Shown here piece after piece: positions 27,930-37,464 of a stretch of 64,000 nucleotides of DNA. The DNA is taken from NCBI GenBank assembly GCA_045632305.1, contig JAZQWL010000043.1, positions 917-64,916 of the forward strand, given 5' to 3'. A model generated the notes under the pieces. It searched no databases and was not told the origin of the DNA. It worked only from the letters and a program-made list of their open reading frames with translations. Source of the DNA: Eubacteriales bacterium (lineage in GTDB: Bacteria; Bacillota; Clostridia; Oscillospirales; CAG-272). The first letter of the stretch is position 1. Every line of letters starts with the position of its first letter. Both the position numbers and the translations under genes were made by a program.

Positions 27930-29975
27930 TTAGTGAATAGCTGTTCCTTCGGGAACGGAATCGTCAACGAAGATAACCTTGCAGCCGCAAGCGTTGTTTG
28001 TCGCCGCGAGAAGCATACCCTGGGAATTGATATTACAAATTCTTGAGGGCTTGAGGTTAGCAAGCACGATGATCTTTCTGCCTACAAGCTCTTCGGGCTT
28101 GTAGTATTCCTTGATGGAGGACATGATCGTTCTCTCACCGAGTCCGTCGGAGAGCGTGAGCTTGAGGCAAGAATGGGACTTACGAACGGTCTCTGCCTTG
28201 AGGATCTTGCAAACTCTCATATCAAGTGCCGCGAATGCGTCGTATTCGATCTGATCCTTGATGGGCTCAACGGGGTCGGGCTCGAGGTTCTTTTCTTCAA
28301 CAACTTCTTCTACACATTCTACGCAAGCAGTCTCTGCTGCCTTTTCCTCTTCTGTCTGCTCATAAGAGAAGTCGAGAAGGTTTACGTAGTCGTCGGAGTT
28401 GATAGCGTAAAGGAAGAGATAGAGACGGGGGCCCTTTTCTTTGTCGATAATGAGCTTGTAAACGTTCTTGAAGAAGTTACCCTGGAGAGCTTTGAGCTCC
28501 TTGTCGGACATTTCTGTGCCGTAAACTGTCTTGGGGATAGCGTAAAGCTCTGCGTTAAGCTCGTCGAGTGTGTACCCACCCTTCTTAATGTATGCGCAAA
28601 GAAGCTCGATCGTCTTCTTTTCTTCGTCTGTGAGTGTGTTGTAAACCTCGAAGTTACGTGTCTTGCGGAGGCGGTTAACCTGGTCGGGAGCGCACTGCTC
28701 AAGCCAGAACTTTGCTCTTTCAAGGCGATCGGCAAAGTCCTCTGCCTTGTAGTTCATACCGATCTTTTCAAATACGGTCTCAAGCATGGGAACGTTGAAG
28801 TTAACGATAGAGCCGAGCTGAACGAGAAGGCCCATGGGAACTGTCTTTACTTCGCGGCCGGGGATCATGCAGTTGTACATAATTGCCTCGGTTGCCTCGC
28901 TCGCCTTACCCTCACGAACGTCAGAAAGCATCTTGTCGAACTCAAAATACTGACGGAGAATACCGTCGTCGAAGCAGAAGTCGAATGCCTTCGTGGGCTC
29001 CGTCTTGGAGTAGAGCCAGAGAATGATCTCGGGCTGATAGAGCTTGAGAAGTGTTTCGGGAGTCATGTTAAGACCCGAGGAGCTGGACATCTTGCCTGCA
29101 ACACCCTTGATGCCGATAAATTCGTAGCCCTGATAGAGGGGAGCGTCGTGGTTGTAAATCTGCTTTGCGATAACTCTGGAGTTGTTGTAAGAGCCGGTGG
29201 GCGCGCTGTGGTCCTTTCCGCCGGGCTCAAAGTCAACCTGCTCGTACTTCCATCTCATAGCCCAGTCGATCTTCCAACCGAGCTTGCAGTTGAAGTTTTC
29301 CGTGAAGTTGAAATGTCCGCGGTGTCCGCAACGGCACTCGAATTCCGCCTCTGTGCAGTCCTCGTTGATGGAGAGGATCTTTGTAAAGTCGGTCTTACAT
29401 TCGGGACAGAAAATGCTTACAGGATAGTAAGCCGCCTTCTCCGCATCGTGGATCTCGCGTCTTTCCTCCTCGCTCTTTGTCATATCCTTTGTCTTGAAGG
29501 AGTCGAGAATTTCGAAAATTTCATCTCTTGTGCGAAGTGCGTGAATAAGGTCTTCTGTGTACTTACCCGTGCGGTACATGTCCGCCTGATAACGGCAGTC
29601 GAGCTTGATTCCAAAGGGCTCAATACCACGGAGGAATTCTTCTTCAAAGTGCTTTGCATAGTTTTCGTGACAGCCGAACGGGTCGGGAATGTCAACGTAG
29701 GGGCAGCCGATATACTTGTCGTAATCTGAGCCCACAACCGCCTGAACGTTAGCGGGGATCTTACGGCAACGGTCGTACTCGTCCCATGAAATAATAAGGC
29801 GCGCCTTCTTTCCCTTCTTTTCGAGCGCTTTTACTACGAAAAGGGGTGTTGCTATATCTCGGAAGTTACCGATGTGGACGGAGCCCGAGGGGGAAACACC
29901 CGCCGCGCAAACGTATTCTTCTTTGTCAGGATTTCTTCTTATAAGTTCTTCTGCAATTTCTTCTGACCAATGCAT
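27930..29975 (-). CDS. lysK: Class I lysyl-tRNA synthetase with a C-terminal Trbp111/MetRS-type tRNA-binding domain
   Basis: MHWSE start, SPSGSVHIGN (HIGH), KMSSS, WKIDWAMRW, FEPGGKDH and Zn-binding CPEC/CRCG; C-terminal LDMRVCKI...ANLKP...SQGMLLA. Confidence 0.92.
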   Translation of the reverse strand: MHWSEEIAEELIRRNPDKEEYVCAAGVSPSGSVHIGNFRDIATPLFVVKALEKKGKKARLIISWDEYDRCRKIPANVQAVVGSDYDKYIGCPYVDIPDPFGCHENYAKHFEEEFLRGIEPFGIKLDCRYQADMYRTGKYTEDLIHALRTRDEIFEILDSFKTKDMTKSEEERREIHDAEKAAYYPVSIFCPECKTDFTKILSINEDCTEAEFECRCGHRGHFNFTENFNCKLGWKIDWAMRWKYEQVDFEPGGKDHSAPTGSYNNSRVIAKQIYNHDAPLYQGYEFIGIKGVAGKMSSSSGLNMTPETLLKLYQPEIILWLYSKTEPTKAFDFCFDDGILRQYFEFDKMLSDVREGKASEATEAIMYNCMIPGREVKTVPMGLLVQLGSIVNFNVPMLETVFEKIGMNYKAEDFADRLERAKFWLEQCAPDQVNRLRKTRNFEVYNTLTDEEKKTIELLCAYIKKGGYTLDELNAELYAIPKTVYGTEMSDKELKALQGNFFKNVYKLIIDKEKGPRLYLFLYAINSDDYVNLLDFSYEQTEEEKAAETACVECVEEVVEEKNLEPDPVEPIKDQIEYDAFAALDMRVCKILKAETVRKSHSCLKLTLSDGLGERTIMSSIKEYYKPEELVGRKIIVLANLKPSRICNINSQGMLLAATNNACGCKVIFVDDSVPEGTAIH

Positions 29976-30079
29976 TTTGTGTCCTTTCTGTCGGGATCAC
30001 TCCCGAATCTCTCATCAATTTATTGGAATTTTAATTTTAAACATACTTTGGGATTTTAAACATAATCCTACATCTTAAT

Positions 30080-30108
30080 ATTTTATCACATTTTAATGTC
30101 GTTGTCAA
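30080..30108 (-). promoter_or_regulatory. sigmaA promoter of the LysRS gene
   Basis: Minus strand TTGACA-17 nt-TAAAAT with a TG extension. Confidence 0.7.
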
Positions 30109-30130
30109 TAGGTTTGTGTTTGTAAAAATT

Positions 30131-30162
30131 AAAGCCCTCGCAAGCGCGAGGGCTGAATTTTT
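30131..30162. terminator. Intrinsic terminator after the HPr-like gene
   Basis: AAAGCCCTCGC-AAGC-GCGAGGGCT hairpin with A/T flanks. Confidence 0.65.
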
Positions 30163-30205
30163 TAATTTGGTTGCCGTTTATACGGCAATGTCTTTGTGAC
30201 GGGGC

Positions 30206-30433
30206 TCAATCTACGATGAGGTTCTCGAGTTTTTTCTTGAGATCCTCCTGATTTTCACCGTCATACGTGAGCTTGATGGGCTCGCGAAGATCAAGACTGA
30301 AAATACCGAGAATGGATTTTCCGTCCACCTTGTATCTGCCGCTCTCAAGGTCTACGTCACCATCAAAGCCGACGAGAACGTTTACCAGCTTGTATACGTC
30401 ATTGATCTCTTTAAGATGAATCTTTACTGTCAT
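30206..30433 (-). CDS. HPr-family protein lacking the His15 region
   Basis: VDGKSILGIFSL (Ser46 motif) present; no GLHARP; GGAGG RBS before ATG 30433. Confidence 0.82.
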   Translation of the reverse strand: MTVKIHLKEINDVYKLVNVLVGFDGDVDLESGRYKVDGKSILGIFSLDLREPIKLTYDGENQEDLKKKLENLIVD

Positions 30434-30486
30434 TTTTAGTACCTCCAATTTAGAAATTTCCTTGTATTATAAGGATTTCCAAGCAC

Positions 30487-30515
30487 ATTATATACCAATA
30501 TGTCCCCTTTGTCAA
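30487..30515 (-). promoter_or_regulatory. sigmaA promoter of the HPr-like gene
   Basis: Minus strand TTGACA-17 nt-TATAAT. Confidence 0.8.
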
Positions 30516-30618
30516 TACTTTTTTATAAAATAAATCGCAGTATGCTTTGGATTGAGTAGACCTCGGCACACTGCGATTTATATTTATTCGCTCAAAGTGG
30601 GTTATTCTCTGTAACGAA

Positions 30619-30885
30619 TTACTTGTTCATATTGTTGATAGCTTTTGTGAACTGGCTCTTCTTGCGAGCAGCTGCGTTCTTGTGGATGATACCCTTGGAT
30701 GCAGCAACGTCAATCTTCTTTGTTGCAGCCTTGTATGCTTCCTGTGCAGCAACAACGTCGCCGGATTCAACAGCAGCGTAGAACTTCTTTACAACTGTCT
30801 TCATGGATGTCTTGAACATCTTATTCTGAAGTGTCTTTGTAGCAATAACCTTAACGCGCTTCTTAGCAGACTTAATATTCGGCAT
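30619..30885 (-). CDS. rpsT: 30S ribosomal protein S20
   Basis: MPNIKSAKKR...KGIIHKNAAARKKS. Confidence 0.97.
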   Translation of the reverse strand: MPNIKSAKKRVKVIATKTLQNKMFKTSMKTVVKKFYAAVESGDVVAAQEAYKAATKKIDVAASKGIIHKNAAARKKSQFTKAINNMNK

Positions 30886-30918
30886 TTTCTATTCCTCCAT
30901 ATATTTTTTAGAAATGAT

Positions 30919-30973
30919 GGGCGAATAGTCCTCCGTCTGAGAGGGTACATTGGACCAACCGTCGCATACACCC
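30919..30973 (-). promoter_or_regulatory. Putative structured 5' leader of rpsT
   Basis: GC-rich 55-nt island with complementary segments, between a plausible promoter and the rpsT RBS. Confidence 0.45.
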
Positions 30974-31045
30974 ATATATATTATCATACTTTCCCCGAAA
31001 AATCAAGGGGTTTTGAGAAAAAAGTTAAAATTTTTTTGATTTTGA

Positions 31046-31732
31046 TCAAACAATGGGGGACACGAAGTAAGCAGATTTGATCACAACGTTCTGAACGGGG
31101 CAATCACCGTAGCCGGTTTTTACGCTTGCGATCTTGTCAACAACCTCAAGGCCCGCGATGGTGTAACCGAATGCCGCGTAATCACCGTCGAGATGGGGGG
31201 AATCCTTGTGCATAATGAAGAACTGAGAGGATGCGGAATCCTTTACGCTCGTTCTCGCCATGGAAAGTACGCCGCGGAGGTGGAGAAGATTGTTCTCAAC
31301 ACCGTTGGATCTGAACTCGCCCTTGATGGATTCTGCGGGCTTCTGCTTGAAGCTTGTAGTAAATCCGCCGCCCTGGATCATGAAGTCCTTGATGACTCTG
31401 TGGAAAACCAAGCCGTCGTAGAATTTTTCGGACACGAGCTTCTTAAAGTTTGCCGCGGAAATGGGCGCGATGTCGGGGCGGAGCGCCACTACGATCTTGC
31501 CATAGCCGGAAATATCGAACATTACGTAATTTGTTTCCTTCTTGCTCTTCTTGAAATCGTCTGCATTAAGCGCGTTGATGTATTCCTTGATCTCGGAAGC
31601 ACCTGCCGCTTCTGCTTTTGCGATAATTTCCGCATTTTCCGCCTTCTTCTCCTTGCTTGTGCAGGACACAAAGCAAGCCGATACGCACACAAGTGCGAGT
31701 ACTATGGAAATAATCTTTACAAATCTTTTCAT
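31046..31732 (-). CDS. Cyclophilin-type peptidyl-prolyl isomerase, lipoprotein
   Basis: Lipobox FVS-C; FHRVIKDFMIQGG, SMAR, SQFFI and HLDG motifs. Confidence 0.92.
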   Translation of the reverse strand: MKRFVKIISIVLALVCVSACFVSCTSKEKKAENAEIIAKAEAAGASEIKEYINALNADDFKKSKKETNYVMFDISGYGKIVVALRPDIAPISAANFKKLVSEKFYDGLVFHRVIKDFMIQGGGFTTSFKQKPAESIKGEFRSNGVENNLLHLRGVLSMARTSVKDSASSQFFIMHKDSPHLDGDYAAFGYTIAGLEVVDKIASVKTGYGDCPVQNVVIKSAYFVSPIV

Positions 31733-31733
31733 T

Positions 31734-32456
31734 TTAACCCTCCACGATCATTTCTACAAATGAAATTTTTCTTATTATTATCGGTTCTGTCGGACTACCA
31801 TTTGCGCCGACCTCTGCATTCTGTATTTTGTCAATTACGTCCATTCCGCTTACTACGTAGCCGAATGCCGCGTATCTGCCGTCAAGCTGAGGGGAGTCCT
31901 TCGTTACGACGAAGAATCCGCTCGACGCAGAATCGGGAATATTTTTTCTCGACATTGCGATCACTCCGCGCTTGTGGGACAGATTGTTTGTAAAATTGTT
32001 GTCGGTAAATTCGCCGTAAATCATTTCGCTATCGTGTATGACACCGTCAACATCCTGCTCGCCGCCCTCGATCATAAAGTCCTTTACTACCCTATGGAAG
32101 GTGAGGCCGTCATAGAAGCCCTCAAGCGTGAGCTTTTTGAAATTGTTGACCGTCTCGGGTGCTATGTCTGGGCGAAGCTCTATATATACGCTGCCGTAGC
32201 CCTCGATCTCGATTTTTACTATGTTTGAAATACGGTCAAAATTGAACCAATCGCTGATTTTAATTTCTCCGTAGTCGATCTCGTAGTATCTTTGGGGATT
32301 AAGCGAATCCAAAAGCTCGCTTACATCTCCGATCTCCTCCGCGCTCAGCGCATCGGTATTTGGTGGGAGCTGAACGTCGTTTTGCTCGCATCCAATAAAT
32401 AAAACCCCCATGCTTATTACAAGCACAAGAAGTATTAATCTTTTTAAATTTCGCAT
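31734..32456 (-). CDS. Second cyclophilin-type PPIase, lipoprotein
   Basis: Lipobox FIG-C; FHRVVKDFMIEGG, AMSR and QLDGRYAAFG motifs. Confidence 0.88.
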   Translation of the reverse strand: MRNLKRLILLVLVISMGVLFIGCEQNDVQLPPNTDALSAEEIGDVSELLDSLNPQRYYEIDYGEIKISDWFNFDRISNIVKIEIEGYGSVYIELRPDIAPETVNNFKKLTLEGFYDGLTFHRVVKDFMIEGGEQDVDGVIHDSEMIYGEFTDNNFTNNLSHKRGVIAMSRKNIPDSASSGFFVVTKDSPQLDGRYAAFGYVVSGMDVIDKIQNAEVGANGSPTEPIIIRKISFVEMIVEG

Positions 32457-32493
32457 TTTTTGTTCCTGCTTTCCTTAAAATGCCTTATATATT

Positions 32494-32522
32494 ATTTTAT
32501 CAAATTGCGGGCGGAAAGTCAA
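32494..32522 (-). promoter_or_regulatory. sigmaA promoter of the cyclophilin pair
   Basis: Minus strand TTGACT-17 nt-TAAAAT with a TG extension. Confidence 0.65.
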
Positions 32523-32590
32523 TATATTTTTGCTTTATTGATATAATTTGATTTTCGCGTTACATAATAATGAATAAAGGCGGTGATTTT

Positions 32591-33670
32591 TTGCAGGAAA
32601 AGAATAAAGCTTCGCATTTGATACTCACAATTCTCGGGGTAGTCATACTGATATACCTCTTTTTTAAATATGCGTTTTTTGGATTTCTGCCGATAATTCT
32701 GGGGTGGCTCATATCCCTTTTTATTTATCCCGCATCGGTCTCGATTTCAAAAAAGCTGAAAATTTCAAGACGTGCGACGTCGGGAATTTTGGTTGTTCTG
32801 TTTTTCTTTGTTCTGATATTTCTGACGGTCTTGGGAATTCGACGTTTGTTTGTTGAGCTTTCATCGTTTGCAGCTCGGATTCAGGAGCATCCCGAAATTA
32901 TTGAGGACGCGTTTACAAATATAAAGGAGGGAATTTCGGACTCACGGTTTTTTTCGGGGCTCGAAAGGATCATATCCTCACTCGGTGAATATGCTTATAT
33001 AGCCGATGATATTATAAATAACCTGCTTCAAAGCGCGCTTGCATCAGTCGGCGGGTTTATCGGGGATTTCGCGAAAAGCGTGTTTATGGGGATCCCCACC
33101 GCGCTTCTCTTCCTCGTTACGCTTATCCTGAGCTCGTTTTATTTCAGTGTGGACAGAGAAAGGATATACGCCGCCATAAGCTCGTCCGTCCCCTCTTCAA
33201 TTAGCGAAAGAGTCGCCTCGTTTGCCGCGGGAGGCATTCGCGCCGCGGTCGGATATATTAAATCGAGTCTTATTCTGATGAGCGTAACCTTCTTTGAAAT
33301 GCTTATATTTCTGACCTTCCTCGGTGTTGAATACGCCCTCATTATTTCGGCAGTTATTGCCGTCGTCGACCTTCTGCCCCTGCTTGGTGTGGGAGCGGTG
33401 TTGGTTCCGTGGAGTATTTATTCCTTCATCACCTCGGATATTAAAATGGGAGTCTGGCTTCTTGTGATATTTGCATTTTCGACGGTGCTTCGAAATATTA
33501 TTGAGCCGAAAATTCTCGGCAAGAGGATAGGTGTCCATCCGTTTCTTGTTATCGCGGCGGCATATCTTGGCTTTACCCTCTTCGGCGGCGCGGGTCTTAT
33601 TCTTTTCCCCGTCATCGCGGCAACGATCTCCACCGCAAGAAAAGAAAAGGCGCTTACATCACGTTCGTGA
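32591..33670 (+). CDS. ytvI: AI-2E family membrane protein, YtvI-like
   Basis: VDLLPLLGVGAVLVPW and RNIIEPKILG..IGVHP motifs; probable TTG start at 32591 after GGCGGTGA. Confidence 0.82.
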   Translation: MQEKNKASHLILTILGVVILIYLFFKYAFFGFLPIILGWLISLFIYPASVSISKKLKISRRATSGILVVLFFFVLIFLTVLGIRRLFVELSSFAARIQEHPEIIEDAFTNIKEGISDSRFFSGLERIISSLGEYAYIADDIINNLLQSALASVGGFIGDFAKSVFMGIPTALLFLVTLILSSFYFSVDRERIYAAISSSVPSSISERVASFAAGGIRAAVGYIKSSLILMSVTFFEMLIFLTFLGVEYALIISAVIAVVDLLPLLGVGAVLVPWSIYSFITSDIKMGVWLLVIFAFSTVLRNIIEPKILGKRIGVHPFLVIAAAYLGFTLFGGAGLILFPVIAATISTARKEKALTSRS

Positions 33671-33683
33671 TGTAAGCGCTTTT
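33645..33683. terminator. Bidirectional terminator between ytvI and the opp operon
   Basis: AAAAGGCGCTTACATCACG-TT-CGTGATGTAAGCGCTTTT. Confidence 0.8.
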
Positions 33684-33684
33684 A

Positions 33685-34116
33685 TCAACGTCCTATAGCC
33701 GCTCTGTACGCGTCTGTACCGCCGTTTGTGTAATAGAAAATCAGGAATATACCCGAGATGAGCATGAATCCCAAGCCGACGAAAAGAATAAACCAGAATC
33801 CGGAAACTCTCTTTTCGGATTTTCTCTTTTTGTAGTCATAATACTTTTCCTGCTTTTTTGCTCCTCTGAACGTCAGCATATTACCGAGAGCCGCCAGAGC
33901 ATAGGTAAGTCCGTCGAACAGACCGTCCGTGGACATCCACAGAAGAAACGGGAGAAGTGTCATGATCATACCGGGGGCGCTTGTAGCGTCGACCAGCATT
34001 CTGTATTTTACGATAACCGCGTCTGTGGCGAAGAATCCCTGCATCGATAAGATCAATAACGTGAACGCCGCGCCTACAAACGTAGCAATCGAATATTTTA
34101 AAAGCTGTTTTTTCAC
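33685..34116 (-). CDS. Membrane protein, DUF3899-like, coupled to oppF
   Basis: Three TMs, GLFDGLTY and YYDYKKRK motifs; GTG start overlaps the oppF stop. Confidence 0.7.
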   Translation of the reverse strand: MKKQLLKYSIATFVGAAFTLLILSMQGFFATDAVIVKYRMLVDATSAPGMIMTLLPFLLWMSTDGLFDGLTYALAALGNMLTFRGAKKQEKYYDYKKRKSEKRVSGFWFILFVGLGFMLISGIFLIFYYTNGGTDAYRAAIGR

Positions 34117-35312
34117 TTTGAGAATTCCTCGCGATACTTTGCTTCTTCCTCGTCGTTACAGTATACGAAGTGACCGGGAAGAACCTCGCGCATTGTGGGC
34201 TTGTTTACGGAGTAATCATGCTCTGCAAGCGCGTTGTATGTGATTCTGACTCTCTGCTTTTCATAGTGAGGGTCAGGAAGAGGAATTGCGGAAAGGAGCG
34301 AACGTGTATAAGGATGCATAGGATGAGCGAAAAGCTCGTCGGAGGGAGCAAGCTCAACCATCTTACCGAAATACATAACGCCGATTCTGTCGGAGAAGTA
34401 CTTAACTACGGAGAGGTCGTGCGCGATGAAGAGGATGGTAAGACCGAGCTTTTCACGAAGCTCGTTGAGAAGGTTGATTACCTGCGCCTGAATGGATACG
34501 TCGAGAGCAGACAAGGGCTCGTCGGCGATGATCATATCGGGCTGCATGATAACAGCTCTCGCAATACCGATTCTCTGCTTCTGACCGCCCGAGAATTCAT
34601 GGGGATAACGTCCCGCATGCTCACGAACCAAGCCAACAAGCTCAAGAATTTCGTAAACCTTTTCATCGATATACGCCTGGTCTGTAATACCGTTAATGAT
34701 AAGACCTTCGGCGATGATCTCCTTAACTGTCATACGGGGGTTGAGAGAAGCAACGGGGTCCTGGAAGATCATCTGGATCTTCGTAACAAGCTTGGACTTC
34801 TTTGCAATTTTCTTCTCTACCTTGTATCTCTTCTTGATGCTTGCAACCTCGGAAGCATCCGTTGCGTTTGCAAGATCATCCGCAAGCTTTGCATCAAGCT
34901 CGGAAACGAGCTTCTTTGCATATTCGCTGTCGCAATGCTTCTGGTCGAAGTTTGCAGATGCGATCTGCGCGCGGTTTTCTTTGATTTCTTCGGCGATCTG
35001 CGCGCGTCTTTCGGGATCCTCGCAGGTCTTAAGCTCTGCTTTGAGCGCCTTGATATTGTCTCTGTACGAGCGTGTGCCCGCGCAGATTCTCTGTCCCTTG
35101 AAGTAAACGCTACCGCCTGTGGAATTGTAAATTTTAATGATGGAACGACCCGTTGTGGTCTTGCCGCAACCGGATTCGCCAACGAGACCGAAAACTTCAC
35201 CACGCTTGATGTCGAAGCTTACGTCGTCAACTGCCTTAAAATCGCGTCTGCCAACCTTGAAGTACTGACAAAGATGCTCAACGCGAAGCAAAACGTCATT
35301 ATTATTTTCCAT
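34113..35312 (-). CDS. oppF: Oligopeptide ABC transporter ATPase OppF (with insertion)
   Basis: [22 protein letters not shown] and HPYT motifs. Confidence 0.92.
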   Translation of the reverse strand: MENNNDVLLRVEHLCQYFKVGRRDFKAVDDVSFDIKRGEVFGLVGESGCGKTTTGRSIIKIYNSTGGSVYFKGQRICAGTRSYRDNIKALKAELKTCEDPERRAQIAEEIKENRAQIASANFDQKHCDSEYAKKLVSELDAKLADDLANATDASEVASIKKRYKVEKKIAKKSKLVTKIQMIFQDPVASLNPRMTVKEIIAEGLIINGITDQAYIDEKVYEILELVGLVREHAGRYPHEFSGGQKQRIGIARAVIMQPDMIIADEPLSALDVSIQAQVINLLNELREKLGLTILFIAHDLSVVKYFSDRIGVMYFGKMVELAPSDELFAHPMHPYTRSLLSAIPLPDPHYEKQRVRITYNALAEHDYSVNKPTMREVLPGHFVYCNDEEEAKYREEFSK

Positions 35313-37461
35313 CCTGAGCACCTCCTAATTTCTTCATTCTTGCAATACGGTCGCGAATGATCTTGGGAGTTTCAACCTTGGGAGCATCGGGATGCAAGAG
35401 CCACGTAGCTGCCTTATGTGTTTCGGAAATCTCGAACATAGGGGGCTGAAGCTCATAGTCGATCTTAAGCGCGTATTTATTTCTGTCTGCAAACGCATCG
35501 CCCACGGGAGGATAGATCATGTTCGGAGGAGTTCCGGGGATCGCCTCGAGCTTTTCGTTTGTATCAAGGTCGGGCATGGACGAAAGAAGAGCCCATGTGT
35601 AAGGATGACGGGGATCGTAGAAAATATCGTCGGCGTGGCCGTATTCAACGATCTTACCTGCATACATAACCGCGATCTTGTCTGCCATGTTAGCAACAAC
35701 GCCCAAGTCGTGAGTGATGAATATTACGGAAAGATTTCTTTCAACCTTGAGCTTGTTGATAAGCTCGAGGATCTGTGACTGAATTGTAACGTCAAGAGCT
35801 GTTGTGGGCTCGTCACAGATAAGGATGTCGGGGTTGGCGGAAAGAGCGATCGCGATAACGATTCTCTGTCTCATACCGCCGGAAAATTCAAAGGGATACT
35901 GGTAATATCTCATACGGGGCTCGGGGATACCTACCTCGTCCATGAGCTTGATTGCCTTTTCCTTTGCGATCTTCTTTGTAAGCTTGTAAACTACAAGCGA
36001 TGCCTTTTCCTTGAAGAATTCTACAAGGTTTATTGCAAGCGCTTCGAAATCCGTAGCGTCTGCGTTAGCAATATCCTGAGCGTACTTGTCTTCAAGACGC
36101 TGGATTATACGTGTAATATCGGAGATAAGCTCTTCCTTTTCAACAATGGATGCGGGAACGACCTTCCAGTCGATCTTCTTTCCTCTTGCGATAAGAGCAT
36201 CTCTCTTCTTTGTCTGCTTTTCGAAACGAACTGCTTCCTTTTCGTTCTTTTTGAGCTGTCTGAAGTAACCTTCGATAGCCGCTTCCATAGCCAACTTGTA
36301 GGTGTAAGCAACGCTGTCCTTTGTGGGGAGAAGTCTGTCGATAGAAGATTCAACTACAGCGGACGTCTTCTTAGCTACTGACTCTGCCTGATTTCTGTCG
36401 AATTCGCCTGCCGCAAAGAATTCACGCGCAGACGCAAGCTCTTCTACAGCCGTCTTCTTTGCCTCAAGAGAAGCATAGAAGGAGTTCTTGATAGCATCCT
36501 TTTCGTATTCAACGAATTCATTCATGAAGTCGTTTGCAAGGAAGGTCTTGGTCGTTTCATTCATTTCCTCAATAGAGCAAGTGAAGGAAGTGCCGGGGTT
36601 CTGGCACATATAGTAGCCGAGACAGAAGAAGTCGGGCTGTGTGCAAGCGCAGATCGTCTTGAGAAGCTCAAGTGTGCGGGAGAGAAGCTCAACGAGAGAA
36701 GAAAGATCTCCGTTCTTTATAGCCGCCTTAAGCTCAGGGCTCTTTGCTACGAGCTGAATATCGTTGATTTCAAGATCGAAATCACGTGTAAGGAACTCGT
36801 TTCTTACGTCCTTGAGGTTCTTCATTGTGTTCTGAAGCTTTTCTCTGTAGTTAAGCTTCTGGTTCTTTTCAATGAAGAAGAGTGTTTCTTCGATGTCCGC
36901 GATAGTTTCCTCCGCCTTGTTCTTGGAGTAAGCATAAGCGGTTTCATACTTGATAGCCATGATGTTGAACTGGTCGAAGTCACGGATCATCTTAGCGATC
37001 TTGTCCTTCTCTTCAACGCCGCGGGCTTCGATCATGTTCTTTTTAAGAATAGCAAGCAAGGAGTTGAACTCAATACGAGACATTTTTCTTGTTGCCTTGT
37101 TTTTGAGAAGCATTGCCTCTGTGATCTGCTTACCGATCTTAACGATGGGGTTAAGAGAAGAAAGCGGATCCTGGAAGATCATGGAGATTTTGTCACCACG
37201 GATCTTGTGCATATCTTCCTCGGAGATCTTGAGAAGGTCCTTACCGTCATAAAGGATCTCACCGCCCTCGATGATGGAGTTACCTGCAAGAATACCGAGA
37301 ATTGCCTTGGACGTAACGGATTTACCCGAACCGGATTCACCAACGATAGCGAGAGTTTCGCCGCGCTTTACGTCGAAGGAAATATTTCTAACGGCCTTCA
37401 GCGTACCGGACTGGGTACGGAAGGATATCTTTAAATTTTTAACTTCAAGAATCTTTTCCAT
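35302..37461 (-). CDS. oppD: Oligopeptide ABC transporter ATPase OppD with a ~375-aa insertion
   Basis: GESGSGKS, QDP, FSGGMRQR, ICDEPT and HPYT motifs. Confidence 0.9.
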   Translation of the reverse strand: MEKILEVKNLKISFRTQSGTLKAVRNISFDVKRGETLAIVGESGSGKSVTSKAILGILAGNSIIEGGEILYDGKDLLKISEEDMHKIRGDKISMIFQDPLSSLNPIVKIGKQITEAMLLKNKATRKMSRIEFNSLLAILKKNMIEARGVEEKDKIAKMIRDFDQFNIMAIKYETAYAYSKNKAEETIADIEETLFFIEKNQKLNYREKLQNTMKNLKDVRNEFLTRDFDLEINDIQLVAKSPELKAAIKNGDLSSLVELLSRTLELLKTICACTQPDFFCLGYYMCQNPGTSFTCSIEEMNETTKTFLANDFMNEFVEYEKDAIKNSFYASLEAKKTAVEELASAREFFAAGEFDRNQAESVAKKTSAVVESSIDRLLPTKDSVAYTYKLAMEAAIEGYFRQLKKNEKEAVRFEKQTKKRDALIARGKKIDWKVVPASIVEKEELISDITRIIQRLEDKYAQDIANADATDFEALAINLVEFFKEKASLVVYKLTKKIAKEKAIKLMDEVGIPEPRMRYYQYPFEFSGGMRQRIVIAIALSANPDILICDEPTTALDVTIQSQILELINKLKVERNLSVIFITHDLGVVANMADKIAVMYAGKIVEYGHADDIFYDPRHPYTWALLSSMPDLDTNEKLEAIPGTPPNMIYPPVGDAFADRNKYALKIDYELQPPMFEISETHKAATWLLHPDAPKVETPKIIRDRIARMKKLGGAQDGK

Positions 37462-37464
37462 ACC

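Noticed and set aside
28173..29729. 518-aa plus-strand ORF
   Set aside because: It is the antisense shadow of the LysRS gene, expected from biased codon usage, and has no motifs.
29976..30080. T-box or lysine riboswitch upstream of LysRS
   Set aside because: The leader is about 100 nt and AT-rich, with no T-box consensus or terminator.
30529..30581. ncRNA between rpsT and the HPr-like gene
   Set aside because: A single long hairpin (TAAATCGCAGT...ACTGCGATTTA) just after the rpsT stop is most simply a terminator or stabiliser.
35968..37095. Intein in OppD
   Set aside because: There are no C/S-start or HN-C/S/T end motifs at the borders and no LAGLIDADG blocks; it reads as a helical insertion.
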